DNA from: Nitrospinaceae bacterium UBA7883
GTDB taxonomy: Bacteria > Nitrospinota_A > UBA7883
DNA: 64,000 nucleotides
Assembly (NCBI GenBank): GCA_002500605.1
Contig: DLRR01000002.1
Coordinates: 3,313-67,312, forward strand
Direction: 5' to 3'
This document shows, in pieces, positions 9,390-19,986 of this stretch (position 1 is the first letter of the stretch; every line of letters starts with the position of its first letter). Made by a program: the position numbers and the translations under genes. The notes beneath the pieces are model-generated. The model was given only the letters and a program-made list of their open reading frames with translations, was not told the DNA's origin and did not search any database.

Positions 9390-11111
9390 TTGAGATACTC
9401 AAGGTACTTCATTCCAACTTTGAAAGAAATACCTGCTGAAGCAGAGGTGATTAGCCACCAGCTTATGCTTAGAGCAGGAATGATTCGCAAACTTGCGGCC
9501 GGGGTCTACTCGATACTGCCACTTGGGGTTAGAGTTGTACGTAAGGTGGAAGCTATTATCCGCAAAGAGATGGACAAATCAGGTGCAATGGAAGTGATTT
9601 TACCTTCTATCCAGCCAGCCGAACTTTGGAAGGAAGCTGGGAGATGGAATTTCTATGGAAAGGAACTTCTAAGGATAAGTGATAGAAACGACCGCGAGTT
9701 TTGTTATGCTCCTACTGCTGAAGAAGCTGTCACTGACTTGGTACGTGGCGAGGTTCGTTCTTACAAAGATCTACCCATTAACCTTTACCAAATACAGACA
9801 AAGTTCCGAGATGAGATTAGACCACGCTTTGGAGTAATGAGGGCTAGGGAATTCTCTATGAAAGATGCGTATAGTTTTGATACGGATCAGGATGGTATCG
9901 ATCATACATATATACAAATGAAACAAACTTACAAATCAATTTTTAAGCAGTGCGGCCTAAAGTTCAAAGTGGTGGAGGCTGATACGGGGCAGATAGGTGG
10001 CTCATCTTCCCATGAGTTCATGGTTTTAGCAGAATCCGGTGAAGACACCATCGCCTATTGTGATGAATGCAATTTTGCATCTAATATCGAAAAGGTTAGT
10101 CTGGACAACTGCGAATTCGCTTATGATGGAAACCACTTGCCGATGCAAGAAATCGACACTCCTCAGCTAAAAACCATTGGAGAAGTATCGGAGTTTTTAG
10201 GGGTATCACCACAAAAATTCTTCAAAACCCTAGTGTACAAAACTGATGATGAGAATAATAAAGCTGTTGTGGCAGTGTGTAGAGGAGATCACAGCATCAA
10301 TCCTGTAAAACTTGCAAATGCAATAGGTGTCAATGAAGTAACACTTGCGAATGAAGAGTTGATTGAATCTGTTACGGGAGCTCCAGTGGGGTTTGTTGGA
10401 CCAATTGGATTAAAAAAAGTCTCAGTTTATGGAGACTATTCTATAAAGCCAATTTTAAATGGAATCACTGGTGCGAACAAGAAAGACAAGCACATGAAAA
10501 ACGTAAATTCTAACCGTGATATGACACATGTTGTGTGGAAGGATATTCGAAACCCTGTGGATGGAGACAGTTGCCCGGCTATCGGTGTTGGAAAATTAAG
10601 CCTAGCAAAGGGAATTGAGGTAGGACATATATTTAAGTTAGGAGCAAAATATTCTAAATCAATGGGAGCTACATTTTTAGATAAAAACGGCAAGGAAAAA
10701 CCGATGCTTATGGGGTGTTACGGAATTGGAGTGGCAAGAACCATCGCTTCAGCTATTGAACAAAGTCATGATGAAAAAGGAATTGTCTGGCCAGTTTCGA
10801 TAGCACCGTTCAAGGTCATTGTTATACTACTGCAACCAAAAGAAGAGCTTGTGGTTACTACTGCTGAAATGATATACGCTGATCTTATCAAGGCTGGCCA
10901 TGATCCAATTTTGGATGACCGTGATCAGCGGCCAGGTGTTAAATTCAATGAAGCCGATTTAATAGGTTTTCCGGTTCAGGTAATAGTTGGAAAAAAAAGC
11001 GTGGCCAATAAAAAGGCCGAGATAAAAGTCCGTAAAACCGGTAAAATTCAAGATGTTCCACTAGAAACCATTACAGACACGATAATTAGCACACTTGATG
11101 GTTTGGGTTAG
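9390..11111 (+). CDS. proS: Proline--tRNA ligase (bacterial type with editing INS domain)
   Basis: SHQLMLRAG, YQIQTKFRDEIRPRFG, GIEVGHIFKLG, MGCYGIGV; likely TTG start at 9390 after GAAAGGG. Confidence 0.97.
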   Translation: MRYSRYFIPTLKEIPAEAEVISHQLMLRAGMIRKLAAGVYSILPLGVRVVRKVEAIIRKEMDKSGAMEVILPSIQPAELWKEAGRWNFYGKELLRISDRNDREFCYAPTAEEAVTDLVRGEVRSYKDLPINLYQIQTKFRDEIRPRFGVMRAREFSMKDAYSFDTDQDGIDHTYIQMKQTYKSIFKQCGLKFKVVEADTGQIGGSSSHEFMVLAESGEDTIAYCDECNFASNIEKVSLDNCEFAYDGNHLPMQEIDTPQLKTIGEVSEFLGVSPQKFFKTLVYKTDDENNKAVVAVCRGDHSINPVKLANAIGVNEVTLANEELIESVTGAPVGFVGPIGLKKVSVYGDYSIKPILNGITGANKKDKHMKNVNSNRDMTHVVWKDIRNPVDGDSCPAIGVGKLSLAKGIEVGHIFKLGAKYSKSMGATFLDKNGKEKPMLMGCYGIGVARTIASAIEQSHDEKGIVWPVSIAPFKVIVILLQPKEELVVTTAEMIYADLIKAGHDPILDDRDQRPGVKFNEADLIGFPVQVIVGKKSVANKKAEIKVRKTGKIQDVPLETITDTIISTLDGLG

Positions 11112-11269
11112 GATAAAAAATTATCCGGGGAATGTAGGGTCAAATTTGCAATTTAGTAATATTTACCTTTTTGCATTTTTTAGGCTTGGTTGTCTTAAGG
11201 TATAGTAGGCAAAAGAAATTGTTAGGCGAGTAATTAAGTTCTTATAACCAAAATGAAAAAGTGGTTACT

Positions 11270-12415
11270 ATGAAAAAAAATACTGCAAAGGTCAAGAAAA
11301 AGTCAATGGCAGCTGATAAGAAGCCAGTCAGCAAAAATAAAGAGCCGGGCATGACCGATATCCGTGAAAAAATAGACCAAATAGATATCAAGCTAATAAA
11401 GCTTCTGAACCAGAGGGCCAGCCTTGGCATAGACATAGCAAAAGTCAAAGAGAAGACCGGGGCACCAATTTTTCTGCCAGCCAGAGAAAACCAGATTTTG
11501 AAAAAAATAATTAAGGTTAATAAAGGGCCCCTCTCCAACTCATCACTAGCCCATGTGTTTCGTGAGATATTTAGTGGTACACGCGCAGTAGAGAAAACAC
11601 TGAAAGTTTCTTGTCTTGGACCAGCGGGATCCTTCAGTCACCTAGCTGCCTTGCGCTTATTTGGACAATCCAGCGTACACATGCTAGGTTCTGGCATCGA
11701 CATGGTGTTCACTAATGTTGAGAGAGGGACAGCTAACTTCGGGCTAGTACCAATAGAGAATACTATTGAGGGAACTGTCGGCCAAACTTTGGATCTTTTT
11801 ATAGACTCTCCAGTAAAAATTATTTCTGAGACCTATTATGAGATTCACTTAAACTTACTATCCAATGTTTCAAAACTGGATAAAATAAAGACGCTTTATA
11901 CTCATTATATGCCACTTGGGCAATGCAGGGGCTGGATTACCCGAAACATTCCTTCGGCTAAGGTTGTTCAAACAGCATCCTCAGCAGACGCAGCGATAAA
12001 TGCCAAAAAAACGCCAAATTCGGCATCTATCGGTGCTCACGAAGCGGCTAGGATATATGGCCTTAAGGTTTTGGCAGAAAGAATTGAAGAAAGACAAGGA
12101 AATCAGACAAGGTTTCTAGTTATCTCTATGCAAGATTCTCCGGCTAGTGGGAATGACAAAACATCGATAATGTTCTCCACAAAAGATGTATCTGGGGCAC
12201 TTAGTAATGTTTTGCGCCCATTTGCCACCAAGGGAGTAAACCTTTCTAAAATCCAATCTAGGCCTAGCCCAGGAAAAGATTGGGAATACGTTTTCTTTGC
12301 TGATTTCACAGGGCACCTTGACGACCCACGGGTTAAGTGGGTCATGAATAAAGTCAAGCTACAAACAAGTTTTTTAAAGAGCCTTGGTTCTTATCCGGCC
12401 GGACGAGTCGATTGA
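11270..12415 (+). CDS. pheA: Bifunctional chorismate mutase/prephenate dehydratase (P-protein)
   Basis: IREKIDQID..LLNQRA chorismate mutase domain; LGPAGSFS, PIENTIEG, NQTRF, ACT domain with QSRP; Lys-rich N-terminal tail. Confidence 0.95.
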   Translation: MKKNTAKVKKKSMAADKKPVSKNKEPGMTDIREKIDQIDIKLIKLLNQRASLGIDIAKVKEKTGAPIFLPARENQILKKIIKVNKGPLSNSSLAHVFREIFSGTRAVEKTLKVSCLGPAGSFSHLAALRLFGQSSVHMLGSGIDMVFTNVERGTANFGLVPIENTIEGTVGQTLDLFIDSPVKIISETYYEIHLNLLSNVSKLDKIKTLYTHYMPLGQCRGWITRNIPSAKVVQTASSADAAINAKKTPNSASIGAHEAARIYGLKVLAERIEERQGNQTRFLVISMQDSPASGNDKTSIMFSTKDVSGALSNVLRPFATKGVNLSKIQSRPSPGKDWEYVFFADFTGHLDDPRVKWVMNKVKLQTSFLKSLGSYPAGRVD

Positions 12416-12442
12416 TTTTAACCAATTTAAACAGGAAACTCT

Positions 12443-12474
12443 CCTACCTTCAACGGAGGTAGGTTTACTTTTTT
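12443..12474 (+). terminator. Intrinsic terminator-like hairpin between pheA and tyrA
   Basis: CCTACCTT-CAACG-GAGGTAGG stem followed by TTTACTTTTTT. Confidence 0.6.
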
Positions 12475-12487
12475 GGATTAGCGGAAA

Positions 12488-13360
12488 ATGAAACCTTTAT
12501 TTGAGCATATTGTAATCGCAGGTGTAGGGCTGATTGGAGGGTCGTTGGGTATTGCCGGAAAAAAGGCTGGGGTTTTCGGTAAAGTAACAGGAGTGGGCCG
12601 TAAAACGGCTAATCTGGAGTTAGCCCTTGAAAAAGGATTAGTCGATCAGGTTTCTACTAACCTAGCATCTGTTTGCCACAATGCCGATATTTTTTTTGCA
12701 GCAACGCCATCGGAATCAATCTCAAATGTTTGTTTGGAGGCAGCTAAATACTTGCCTGACCAATGTGTAATTACTGATGGCGGCTCGGTAAAGAAAGAGA
12801 TAGTTGTAAAAATAGAAAAAGAGTTGCCTAATAACATACACTTCATTGGAGGCCATCCGATAGCCGGAACAGAGAAATCTGGAGCTGGTGCCGCTATTGA
12901 AACGTTATTTCAAAACAGGTACACAATTCTCACTCCTACCAAAAATACCGATGCCAAAGCCAAGTCGAAGGTAAAAGAAATGTGGCAAACGTTAGGATCT
13001 GATGTTCGGCTTATGGACCCTGAAGAACATGATCAAGCAATGGCTGTGATTAGTCACCTTCCCCACTTTGCCGCATATGCTTTAGTTGAAACCATATTGG
13101 GGGCAGACCCATCCGGAGAAATCCAAAGGTTTGTGGCTGGTGGATTTAATGACACAACTAGAATCGCTGCCAGTGACCCTAAGATGTGGCGTGACATTTT
13201 TTCAATGAACCGTAAACCACTTCTTAAATCCATCGAGCAGTTTGAACAGTCAATTACCAGCTTTAAGGAGGCAATCCTCAATGACGAATTTGATAAGCTA
13301 CAAAATCGTTTAAAGCTGGTAAAAACTGCCCGCAAGAGCATGGATGACCATTGCAAATAG
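12488..13360 (+). CDS. tyrA: Prephenate/arogenate dehydrogenase
   Basis: GVGLIGGS, DGGSVK, GGHPIAGTE, HD..MA.ISHLPH, GGF.DTTRIA. Confidence 0.95.
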   Translation: MKPLFEHIVIAGVGLIGGSLGIAGKKAGVFGKVTGVGRKTANLELALEKGLVDQVSTNLASVCHNADIFFAATPSESISNVCLEAAKYLPDQCVITDGGSVKKEIVVKIEKELPNNIHFIGGHPIAGTEKSGAGAAIETLFQNRYTILTPTKNTDAKAKSKVKEMWQTLGSDVRLMDPEEHDQAMAVISHLPHFAAYALVETILGADPSGEIQRFVAGGFNDTTRIAASDPKMWRDIFSMNRKPLLKSIEQFEQSITSFKEAILNDEFDKLQNRLKLVKTARKSMDDHCK

Positions 13361-13525
13361 CAGATAGCAATTGAAGGGTCATAGTCTCGCAATATTGATT
13401 CCAGTGGTTATGCTTTGCCTCAAGTTTATAAGCGAGGAGTCTCAAAAAATCCACATTGGTTATGGGATTGATGCGAAAATAGAACTTTCGGCTATTTTGA
13501 CTAACATTAATTTATATATGCTGAC

Positions 13526-13960
13526 ATGGTAATTAACAAATACAAAGAAAGTAGTGTGATCATGGGGCGTGTGCCACATGGATCAGACTTGCTGGAATGG
13601 ATTACAGAATTACTGGTCAAGGAGCAAATAACCCTAGGGACCATTTCCTTGATTGGCGCAGTTTCACAGGCGGCATACTCATATTACAACCAGGCTGAGC
13701 AAACCTACCACACCATAGGCCCAGTTGAAAAAGACCTGGAGATACTCTCCGCTATTGGCAACATATCGCTAAAAGATGGTGAACCATTTGCCCATATCCA
13801 TATAATTTTCAGCGACGATAACGGTAAAGCCTTTGGCGGTCACCTGGTTAATGGGACGATTATATTTGCAGGCGAATTCCATATCACATTGCTTTCAGGG
13901 CCTACTCTGCAGCGTGAGATCGACAAGATCACAGGGCTAAATTTGTGGAGAAGTGAATAA
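13526..13960 (+). CDS. PPC-domain (DUF296) protein
   Basis: IGAV, EILSAIGNIS, HIHIIF, GGHL motifs. Confidence 0.9.
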   Translation: MVINKYKESSVIMGRVPHGSDLLEWITELLVKEQITLGTISLIGAVSQAAYSYYNQAEQTYHTIGPVEKDLEILSAIGNISLKDGEPFAHIHIIFSDDNGKAFGGHLVNGTIIFAGEFHITLLSGPTLQREIDKITGLNLWRSE

Positions 13961-14009
13961 AGCCAATATGGCCTATTACTTTCCATTAAACACACTGGCT
14001 TAAATCCTA

Positions 14010-14705
14010 ATGGACAGGGATAAATTACCGCACAGTTTTGTAGTTGCCATAGATGGTCCTGCAGGGTCGGGTAAATCAACCCTAGCCAAACTCCTAGCAA
14101 AAGAGATCAATGCCAAGGTGATAGATACGGGAGCCATGTATCGTTCAGTTACAGCAATAGCTATGGACTCAGGAATAGACATCACCAATGAAAGTGCAGT
14201 TGTAAAAAAAACAAATAGTGTTGAGATTGTTTTTCGATCTTACGCAGATGGGCAAAAGGTAATTGTTAATGGTCAAAATTATACTGAGAGGATAAGGGAT
14301 CCAATTATTTCAGATACGGTTTCTATTGTGGCATCCTACGCTCTCGTTAGGGCAAAGATGATTGAAAAACAAAGAGAAATGGGATCAACGGGTCGAATAG
14401 TAATGGAGGGTCGTGATATTGGCAGTTTTGTTTTTCCCAAGGCTGAGTTCAAGTTTTTCTTGTTGGCCAACGATGAAATTCGAGCCAGACGACGAATGAC
14501 CGAACTCAAAAATGCTGGCATAGAAGCCTCTATTGAAGAAGTGTTGAGAAATATTAAAGACCGGGACAGGCTCGACAGTTCAAGAATTAGCTCTCCTCTG
14601 GTAAAAGCTGACGGTGCCGTTGAGATTAACACATCCAATTTGAATATTGACGAAGCCCTTTCAAGGATGTTAGATTGCATCTTCTCAGGCGGTGGGGGTA
14701 GCTAA
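14010..14705 (+). CDS. cmk: Cytidylate kinase
   Basis: IDGPAGSGKST, DTGAMYR, EGRDIG motifs. Confidence 0.96.
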   Translation: MDRDKLPHSFVVAIDGPAGSGKSTLAKLLAKEINAKVIDTGAMYRSVTAIAMDSGIDITNESAVVKKTNSVEIVFRSYADGQKVIVNGQNYTERIRDPIISDTVSIVASYALVRAKMIEKQREMGSTGRIVMEGRDIGSFVFPKAEFKFFLLANDEIRARRRMTELKNAGIEASIEEVLRNIKDRDRLDSSRISSPLVKADGAVEINTSNLNIDEALSRMLDCIFSGGGGS

Positions 14706-14824
14706 ACATAGTGCTTCTCGTTATTTGATAAGCACATAAACCACAAATGCTACGGAGTTTTTCTCCTATGTTTAGTCGCTTGATTAAAAGTCAACAATTT
14801 AAAAGGAATGGGTAATTTTTACGA

Positions 14825-16642
14825 ATGGCCAATAGTAATAAAGTCAGTTTCAGTAGGGTCAAGGCTGAGGACTACGTAGATATGGGCCTCCTTGAACAAG
14901 AAGATAAAAAACAAGAAACGAATGCTCCATCATCAGGTGAATTTGCCTCCATGGTTGACGAAAGCGTCAAGTTTTTTAAAGAAGGGGAAATTATCAAAGG
15001 CACAATCATTAACAAAACTGATGATGCTGTCTTGGTGGATGTTGGTTACAAAAGTGAGGGATTAATCCCTTTAAGTGAATTTGGTCGTGAGGCGGCAGAT
15101 CTAGCGCCTGGAGATACTGTTGAGGTTATGCTGGATAAGACCGAAGACAATGAAGGGGTATCTGTACTCTCAAAGGAAAAAGTGAATCGGATCAGAATTT
15201 GGGAAAAGATGGCCGAAAAGTTTGAGAATGACGAGATCATAGAAGGTGTGGTTTTTTCCAAAATAAAAGGTGGTTTAACGGTGGATATTGGTCTGAAAGC
15301 GTTCTTGCCAGGATCCCAAATAGATCTCCGCCCTATAAAAAATCTAGACAGGATTATTGGTGACACCGTTAAGTGCAAAATTATTAAAATGAACAAAAAA
15401 CGAGGGAACATCGTGCTCTCGCGCCGTGTAATCCTTGAAGAAGAAAGAAAAGTAACAAAAGAAAATACACTTTCCGAGATTCAGGAAGGTGCTATTGTAG
15501 ATGGAATAGTAAAAAACATAACTGAGTACGGAGCATTTATTGACCTCGGTGGGGTGGACGGGTTACTACATATAACAGATATGTCATGGGGCAGAGTCAA
15601 CCACCCGTCAGAAATGTTTGCCATTGGAGATCAGGTGGCCGTAAAGGTAATTAAACTTGACCTCCAAAATGAACGAGTTTCCCTTGGTTTAAAGCAAACC
15701 AAGCCAGATCCTTGGGTGGCTGCAGAAGAGAAGTACAAGGCAGATAGTCACGTAACTGGAAAAGTAGTTTCAATTGCAGATTATGGTGCCTTTATTGAGC
15801 TAGAACGAGGCGTTGAGGGATTAGTGCATATCTCCGAAATGACTTGGAACAAGCACATCCGCCACCCCGGCAAGCTTGTTAACATTGGAGACAATGTTGA
15901 GACTGTTGTACTTTCAATAGATAATGAGAAAAAGCGAATTTCTCTTGGTATGAAACAAAACTCACCAAACCCTTGGGATGGTATTGACGAAAAATATTCT
16001 GCTAACAAGACTGTGGAAGGGTCTGTTAGAAACGTTGCTGAGTTTGGTGCTTTCATAGAGCTTGAAGAGGGTGTGGACGGATTAATCCACATCTCAGACA
16101 TGAGTTGGACGCAAAAAATCAAACATCCTTCAGAGATAATGAAGAAACATGACATCGTTAAATGTATTGTCCTGAATATAGACAAGGAAAACGAACGGAT
16201 TGCACTCGGGCTTAAGCAGCTTGAAAAGGATCCTTGGGAGGAGGTTGATGTGCGATATCCGGTGGGTGCCGAGGTCAAATGCACTGTTGTCAAGATCACA
16301 AACTTTGGTGCCTTTGCCGAAATTGAAAGCGGTATAGAAGGGTTAATACATGTGTCCCAACTCTCGACCAATAAGGTAGACAATCCTCGTAATGCTGTTC
16401 GTATTAACCAAGAAGTGACAACAAAGGTGATTAAGGTTGACCTTGTAAACAGAAAAATAGGTTTGTCTGTAAAGGCTTTTCTTGAAGGTCTGTCCGCAGA
16501 AGAGATTGAGAAAGAACTTCGTTTAATGGAAAAAGACGCAGCACTTGACAGTGAAGAAAGCAATGTTATAAGTAACGACTCTGAAAATAGTTTGGATCAG
16601 AATGACGAAAATGTAGAACAGGCTGAGCAAGCTGACAAATAA
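14825..16642 (+). CDS. rpsA: 30S ribosomal protein S1
   Basis: Six S1 repeats (e.g. YGAFIDLGGVDGLLHITDMSW); acidic C-terminal tail. Confidence 0.97.
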   Translation: MANSNKVSFSRVKAEDYVDMGLLEQEDKKQETNAPSSGEFASMVDESVKFFKEGEIIKGTIINKTDDAVLVDVGYKSEGLIPLSEFGREAADLAPGDTVEVMLDKTEDNEGVSVLSKEKVNRIRIWEKMAEKFENDEIIEGVVFSKIKGGLTVDIGLKAFLPGSQIDLRPIKNLDRIIGDTVKCKIIKMNKKRGNIVLSRRVILEEERKVTKENTLSEIQEGAIVDGIVKNITEYGAFIDLGGVDGLLHITDMSWGRVNHPSEMFAIGDQVAVKVIKLDLQNERVSLGLKQTKPDPWVAAEEKYKADSHVTGKVVSIADYGAFIELERGVEGLVHISEMTWNKHIRHPGKLVNIGDNVETVVLSIDNEKKRISLGMKQNSPNPWDGIDEKYSANKTVEGSVRNVAEFGAFIELEEGVDGLIHISDMSWTQKIKHPSEIMKKHDIVKCIVLNIDKENERIALGLKQLEKDPWEEVDVRYPVGAEVKCTVVKITNFGAFAEIESGIEGLIHVSQLSTNKVDNPRNAVRINQEVTTKVIKVDLVNRKIGLSVKAFLEGLSAEEIEKELRLMEKDAALDSEESNVISNDSENSLDQNDENVEQAEQADK

Positions 16643-16689
16643 CGCTTCCTTTATCTTGCTGCAATAATTTAGCCTAAGAAAGTACTCAA

Positions 16690-17601
16690 ATGGTTAGAAC
16701 AGGAAAGAATACCTGGAAAGTTCTGACGATTATTTTTTTCTTCACTGCTGTGGGAATAATGTTCACAGTAGGGCTAGCTCTTTTCGCCTCTTGGCAATCC
16801 GGCAGCAATGGAAATTTCATTTTAAATAGCTCAAAGAATAGCGATAAAATTGCGTTAGTTAGAATTGAGGAAGTGATTCTTTCTAGCGCAAATGTAGTAG
16901 GCCAGATTGAACACTGGGCTGATAATAAAGACATCAAGGCCATTATTATCAGGATTGTAAGTCCAGGTGGTGGCGTGGCTCAATCTCAAGAGATTTTTCA
17001 TGCTATATTGCTCGCAAAAAAGAAAAAACCAATAGTTGCTAGTATGGGGACTGTTGCCGCCTCGGGTGGTTATTATATTGCTTCAGCGACTGACAAAATC
17101 ATTGCTGTACCGGGAACCATAACTGGCTCAATTGGAGTGATTGCTCAGTTCACCAATATGGAAAAGCTATTTGATACAATAGGAATGTCTTCAATTGTAT
17201 TTAAGAGCGGGAAATATAAAGATGCGGGCTCACCCTTCAGGCCATTCACAGAAGAAGACCACAAACTGATGCAAGGCATTATAGACGATGTTTATAATCA
17301 GTTTATAGAAGATGTGGCAAATAGTCGAAATATGGAATTAGAGAAAGTAAGAAAACTGGCTGATGGTCGTATTTTTACCGGCAGGCAGGCTTTGTCGAAC
17401 GGCTTGATAGATGAACTTGGAACATTTAGGGACAGCGTGAAAGCAGCGACAGAGATGGCTGGAATCGGAAATGATCCTGAAATTGTAGAAGTTGACAAAA
17501 AATCAAACTTTCTCGAATGGTTGTTGGCTGAACTAGACATTGCTATTCCGGCAAAAGTATTCACTCCTCCCGGAATCTACTATCTTTGGGCCGCTTGGTA
17601 G
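16690..17601 (+). CDS. sppA: Signal peptide peptidase SppA (36K type)
   Basis: N-terminal TM, SPGG, AASGGYYIA, TGSIGV, KSGKYKD, DGRIFTG. Confidence 0.94.
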   Translation: MVRTGKNTWKVLTIIFFFTAVGIMFTVGLALFASWQSGSNGNFILNSSKNSDKIALVRIEEVILSSANVVGQIEHWADNKDIKAIIIRIVSPGGGVAQSQEIFHAILLAKKKKPIVASMGTVAASGGYYIASATDKIIAVPGTITGSIGVIAQFTNMEKLFDTIGMSSIVFKSGKYKDAGSPFRPFTEEDHKLMQGIIDDVYNQFIEDVANSRNMELEKVRKLADGRIFTGRQALSNGLIDELGTFRDSVKAATEMAGIGNDPEIVEVDKKSNFLEWLLAELDIAIPAKVFTPPGIYYLWAAW

Positions 17602-17611
17602 CCTAGGTTCA

Positions 17612-19093
17612 TTGAGTTACAAATCCCGTTTCTATTTTTTCCTTGTATTGATTACGACTTTTCGTTTTATTTTCAGCGGATGGTTCGACCTTTCATTGGA
17701 TGAAGGGTACTATTGGATGTGGGGAAAACATCCAGACCTTAGCTACTACGACCATCCACCTATGGTTGCTTACTTAATAGCCCTCACCACTATTATGTCG
17801 GACGGGGAGTCTTGGGTTCGCCTAGGGGTTGTGTTAAGTTCAACTGCGGTTACATGGATTATCTATTTGCTTGCTTCAGATATTTTCAATGACCGTCGTA
17901 TTGGACTGGCTTCTGCGATATTGTTTAACGTGGTCCCCATTTACTCAATTGGCACATTGCTCATAACTCCAGATGCACCTCTTTGTCTATTCTGGGCACT
18001 GAGCCTTTACTTCGGGTACCAAATTTTCAACACAAAAAAAGGAGGCTATTGGTATGCCTTAGGTGCAGTGTTTGGCCTAGGAATGCTCTCCAAATACAAC
18101 ATGGCACTGTTTGTCCCGGCTATATTAGTGTTTCTTCTTGTTTCGAGGGAAAACCGGTATTGGCTTTTTCGCAAAGATCCCTACTTAGCTTTTATTCTTT
18201 CAATATTAATCTTCAGTCCGGTAATTTTTTGGAATGCGACCCATGACTGGGTATCTCTGAGTTTTCAGTTATCCCATGGATTCGATCCCAACAGATCAAC
18301 TGCCCTAGAAAACTTTTCCGAGTTTTGGGTTGGGCAAATAGGTCTGTTTGGATTATTCCTTTTCTTTTTCCTCCTCGCTGGATCAATCAGCATTGGATGG
18401 ATAGGATATAAAAACAAACGCGATGTTTTTGTTTACCTGTCAGTAATGTCACTTTCACTTGTGATCTTTTTTATCGTTAACAGCCTCAGAACCCGAATGG
18501 AGGGTAATTGGTCAGTCATAATGTTCTTAGCTGCCGTTATAATTACTCCTGGCTGGATCTCGATTATTGTTGCTGAGATACGTAGTCTGTGGGGTAACGC
18601 ACTAACATATAGCTACAAATTGTCCATTTTTATATCTGGGGTTATAGTGATTTATGCACATATTCAGATAATAAACCCCGTGCTTCCTATGCCAGATCAG
18701 GTTAAGCATGAAATGTCCAAAAGAATTTATGGGTGGTCTAAGCTTGGCAAAGAGGTAGACAACATTCTATCCCTCATGGATCCAGATACCTTCATTTTGG
18801 CAAACCGCTACCAGATCACTGGGTTATTATCTTATTATACTAGTAACAATACCGCGACATACATGACAGATGGCGAAAAAAGATTTGGCTATCTAGGGTC
18901 GGTGGAACACCTGCTTGGCAAAGATGCATTGTACGTTACTGTTAAAAGACGTAATGACATAAAACGAATAGAGCCATTTTTTGGGAAAGTTACCTCATTG
19001 GATTCTTTAATAATTAAAAGGCAAGGGGTCATTATTTACGAATTTCTATTTTACAAGCTTAAGAATTACAAGGGCCATCTCATAAAGATCTAG
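17612..19093 (+). CDS. GT-C fold glycosyltransferase family 39/83 (ArnT/PMT-like)
   Basis: DEGYYW, YYDHPPM, TPDAPL, GMLSKY motifs and many TM helices; TTG start at 17612 avoids overlap with sppA (ORF open from 17540). Confidence 0.88.
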   Translation: MSYKSRFYFFLVLITTFRFIFSGWFDLSLDEGYYWMWGKHPDLSYYDHPPMVAYLIALTTIMSDGESWVRLGVVLSSTAVTWIIYLLASDIFNDRRIGLASAILFNVVPIYSIGTLLITPDAPLCLFWALSLYFGYQIFNTKKGGYWYALGAVFGLGMLSKYNMALFVPAILVFLLVSRENRYWLFRKDPYLAFILSILIFSPVIFWNATHDWVSLSFQLSHGFDPNRSTALENFSEFWVGQIGLFGLFLFFFLLAGSISIGWIGYKNKRDVFVYLSVMSLSLVIFFIVNSLRTRMEGNWSVIMFLAAVIITPGWISIIVAEIRSLWGNALTYSYKLSIFISGVIVIYAHIQIINPVLPMPDQVKHEMSKRIYGWSKLGKEVDNILSLMDPDTFILANRYQITGLLSYYTSNNTATYMTDGEKRFGYLGSVEHLLGKDALYVTVKRRNDIKRIEPFFGKVTSLDSLIIKRQGVIIYEFLFYKLKNYKGHLIKI

Positions 19094-19362
19094 ACATGTT
19101 TCATTACATGTATCATTTTCTTATACAAGTATCCGTTTGCCCTCTTTAAGTGACAAAATTAACCATTGTTCTAAATGACTGATCTAAACCTTAAGAAGCA
19201 GCATTCCGACTATGGTTTGCATTATGTAAAACCATGCGGTACTTTAAAACACACTTGGCTTAATACATAAGGCTTTTTCCGTAGTCTGATCAACATGCCT
19301 ATGTTTATATTAGGTGGCACAAACACTGAGTTTTTATTAAAAGATGGAGAACTTTACTGTAT

Positions 19363-19893
19363 ATGGGCAAACCCATCGTCTTGATTGGATTTAAAGCTTC
19401 TGGCAAAACTACCGTTGGTAAGGCATTAGCCAAAAGGCTAAACACAAAATTCCTTGATACCGATTCTTTGCTCGAAATAAGGTACAGTGAAATCACAAGT
19501 AATACTCTTAGTTCACGCCAGATTTACCAAGAACACGGCCGTGACTATTTTATGGAGATCGAGACACAGGTGGTTAAAAAAGTCCTGGCCATGGATGACA
19601 CGGTAATTTCATTTGGTGGTGGAACAGTTGAAAATGCTTACACCAAAGGAATAGATTTGAGTGGCCCAATGTATGTTTATCTCATTGTTGGACGGGACAT
19701 TTTGTACAAGCGAATTATGAAACTTGGTCTTCCAGCTTTTTTTGACAAGAAAAATCCTCGTAATTCCTTCGATAAGATGTTTGATAAGCGAAGTGTAGGG
19801 TTTGATCGCCTAGCTAATATTACTGTGGAAAATGAAAATAAACCAGTTGATGAAGTTGTAAACGAACTTACGGAAAAACTGAATTTACTGTAA
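19363..19893 (+). CDS. aroK: Shikimate kinase
   Basis: GFKASGKTT P-loop, DTD, SFGGG; directly upstream of aroC. Confidence 0.9.
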   Translation: MGKPIVLIGFKASGKTTVGKALAKRLNTKFLDTDSLLEIRYSEITSNTLSSRQIYQEHGRDYFMEIETQVVKKVLAMDDTVISFGGGTVENAYTKGIDLSGPMYVYLIVGRDILYKRIMKLGLPAFFDKKNPRNSFDKMFDKRSVGFDRLANITVENENKPVDEVVNELTEKLNLL

Positions 19894-19986
19894 ACTAGTT
19901 GGGTGCCACAAAGCTAGCAGTCAAAAATACTTGTTACATTTTTAGAACTATAGTTAGAAATAGACACATAATACTAGGAACTCCAT

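Noticed and set aside
15781-16563. 260-aa antisense ORF inside rpsA, and the many similar Ser/Ile/Pro-rich antisense ORFs in the track
   Set aside because: Shadow frames of well-supported genes on the opposite strand; no motifs or RBS.
14825-16642. Internal ~260-bp periodic similarity
   Set aside because: Explained by S1 domain repeats; not a CRISPR array or repeat element.
19094-19117. Tandem ACATGTTTCATT/ACATGTATCATT repeat after the GT39 gene
   Set aside because: Only two short AT-rich copies; compatible with chance or a local duplication.
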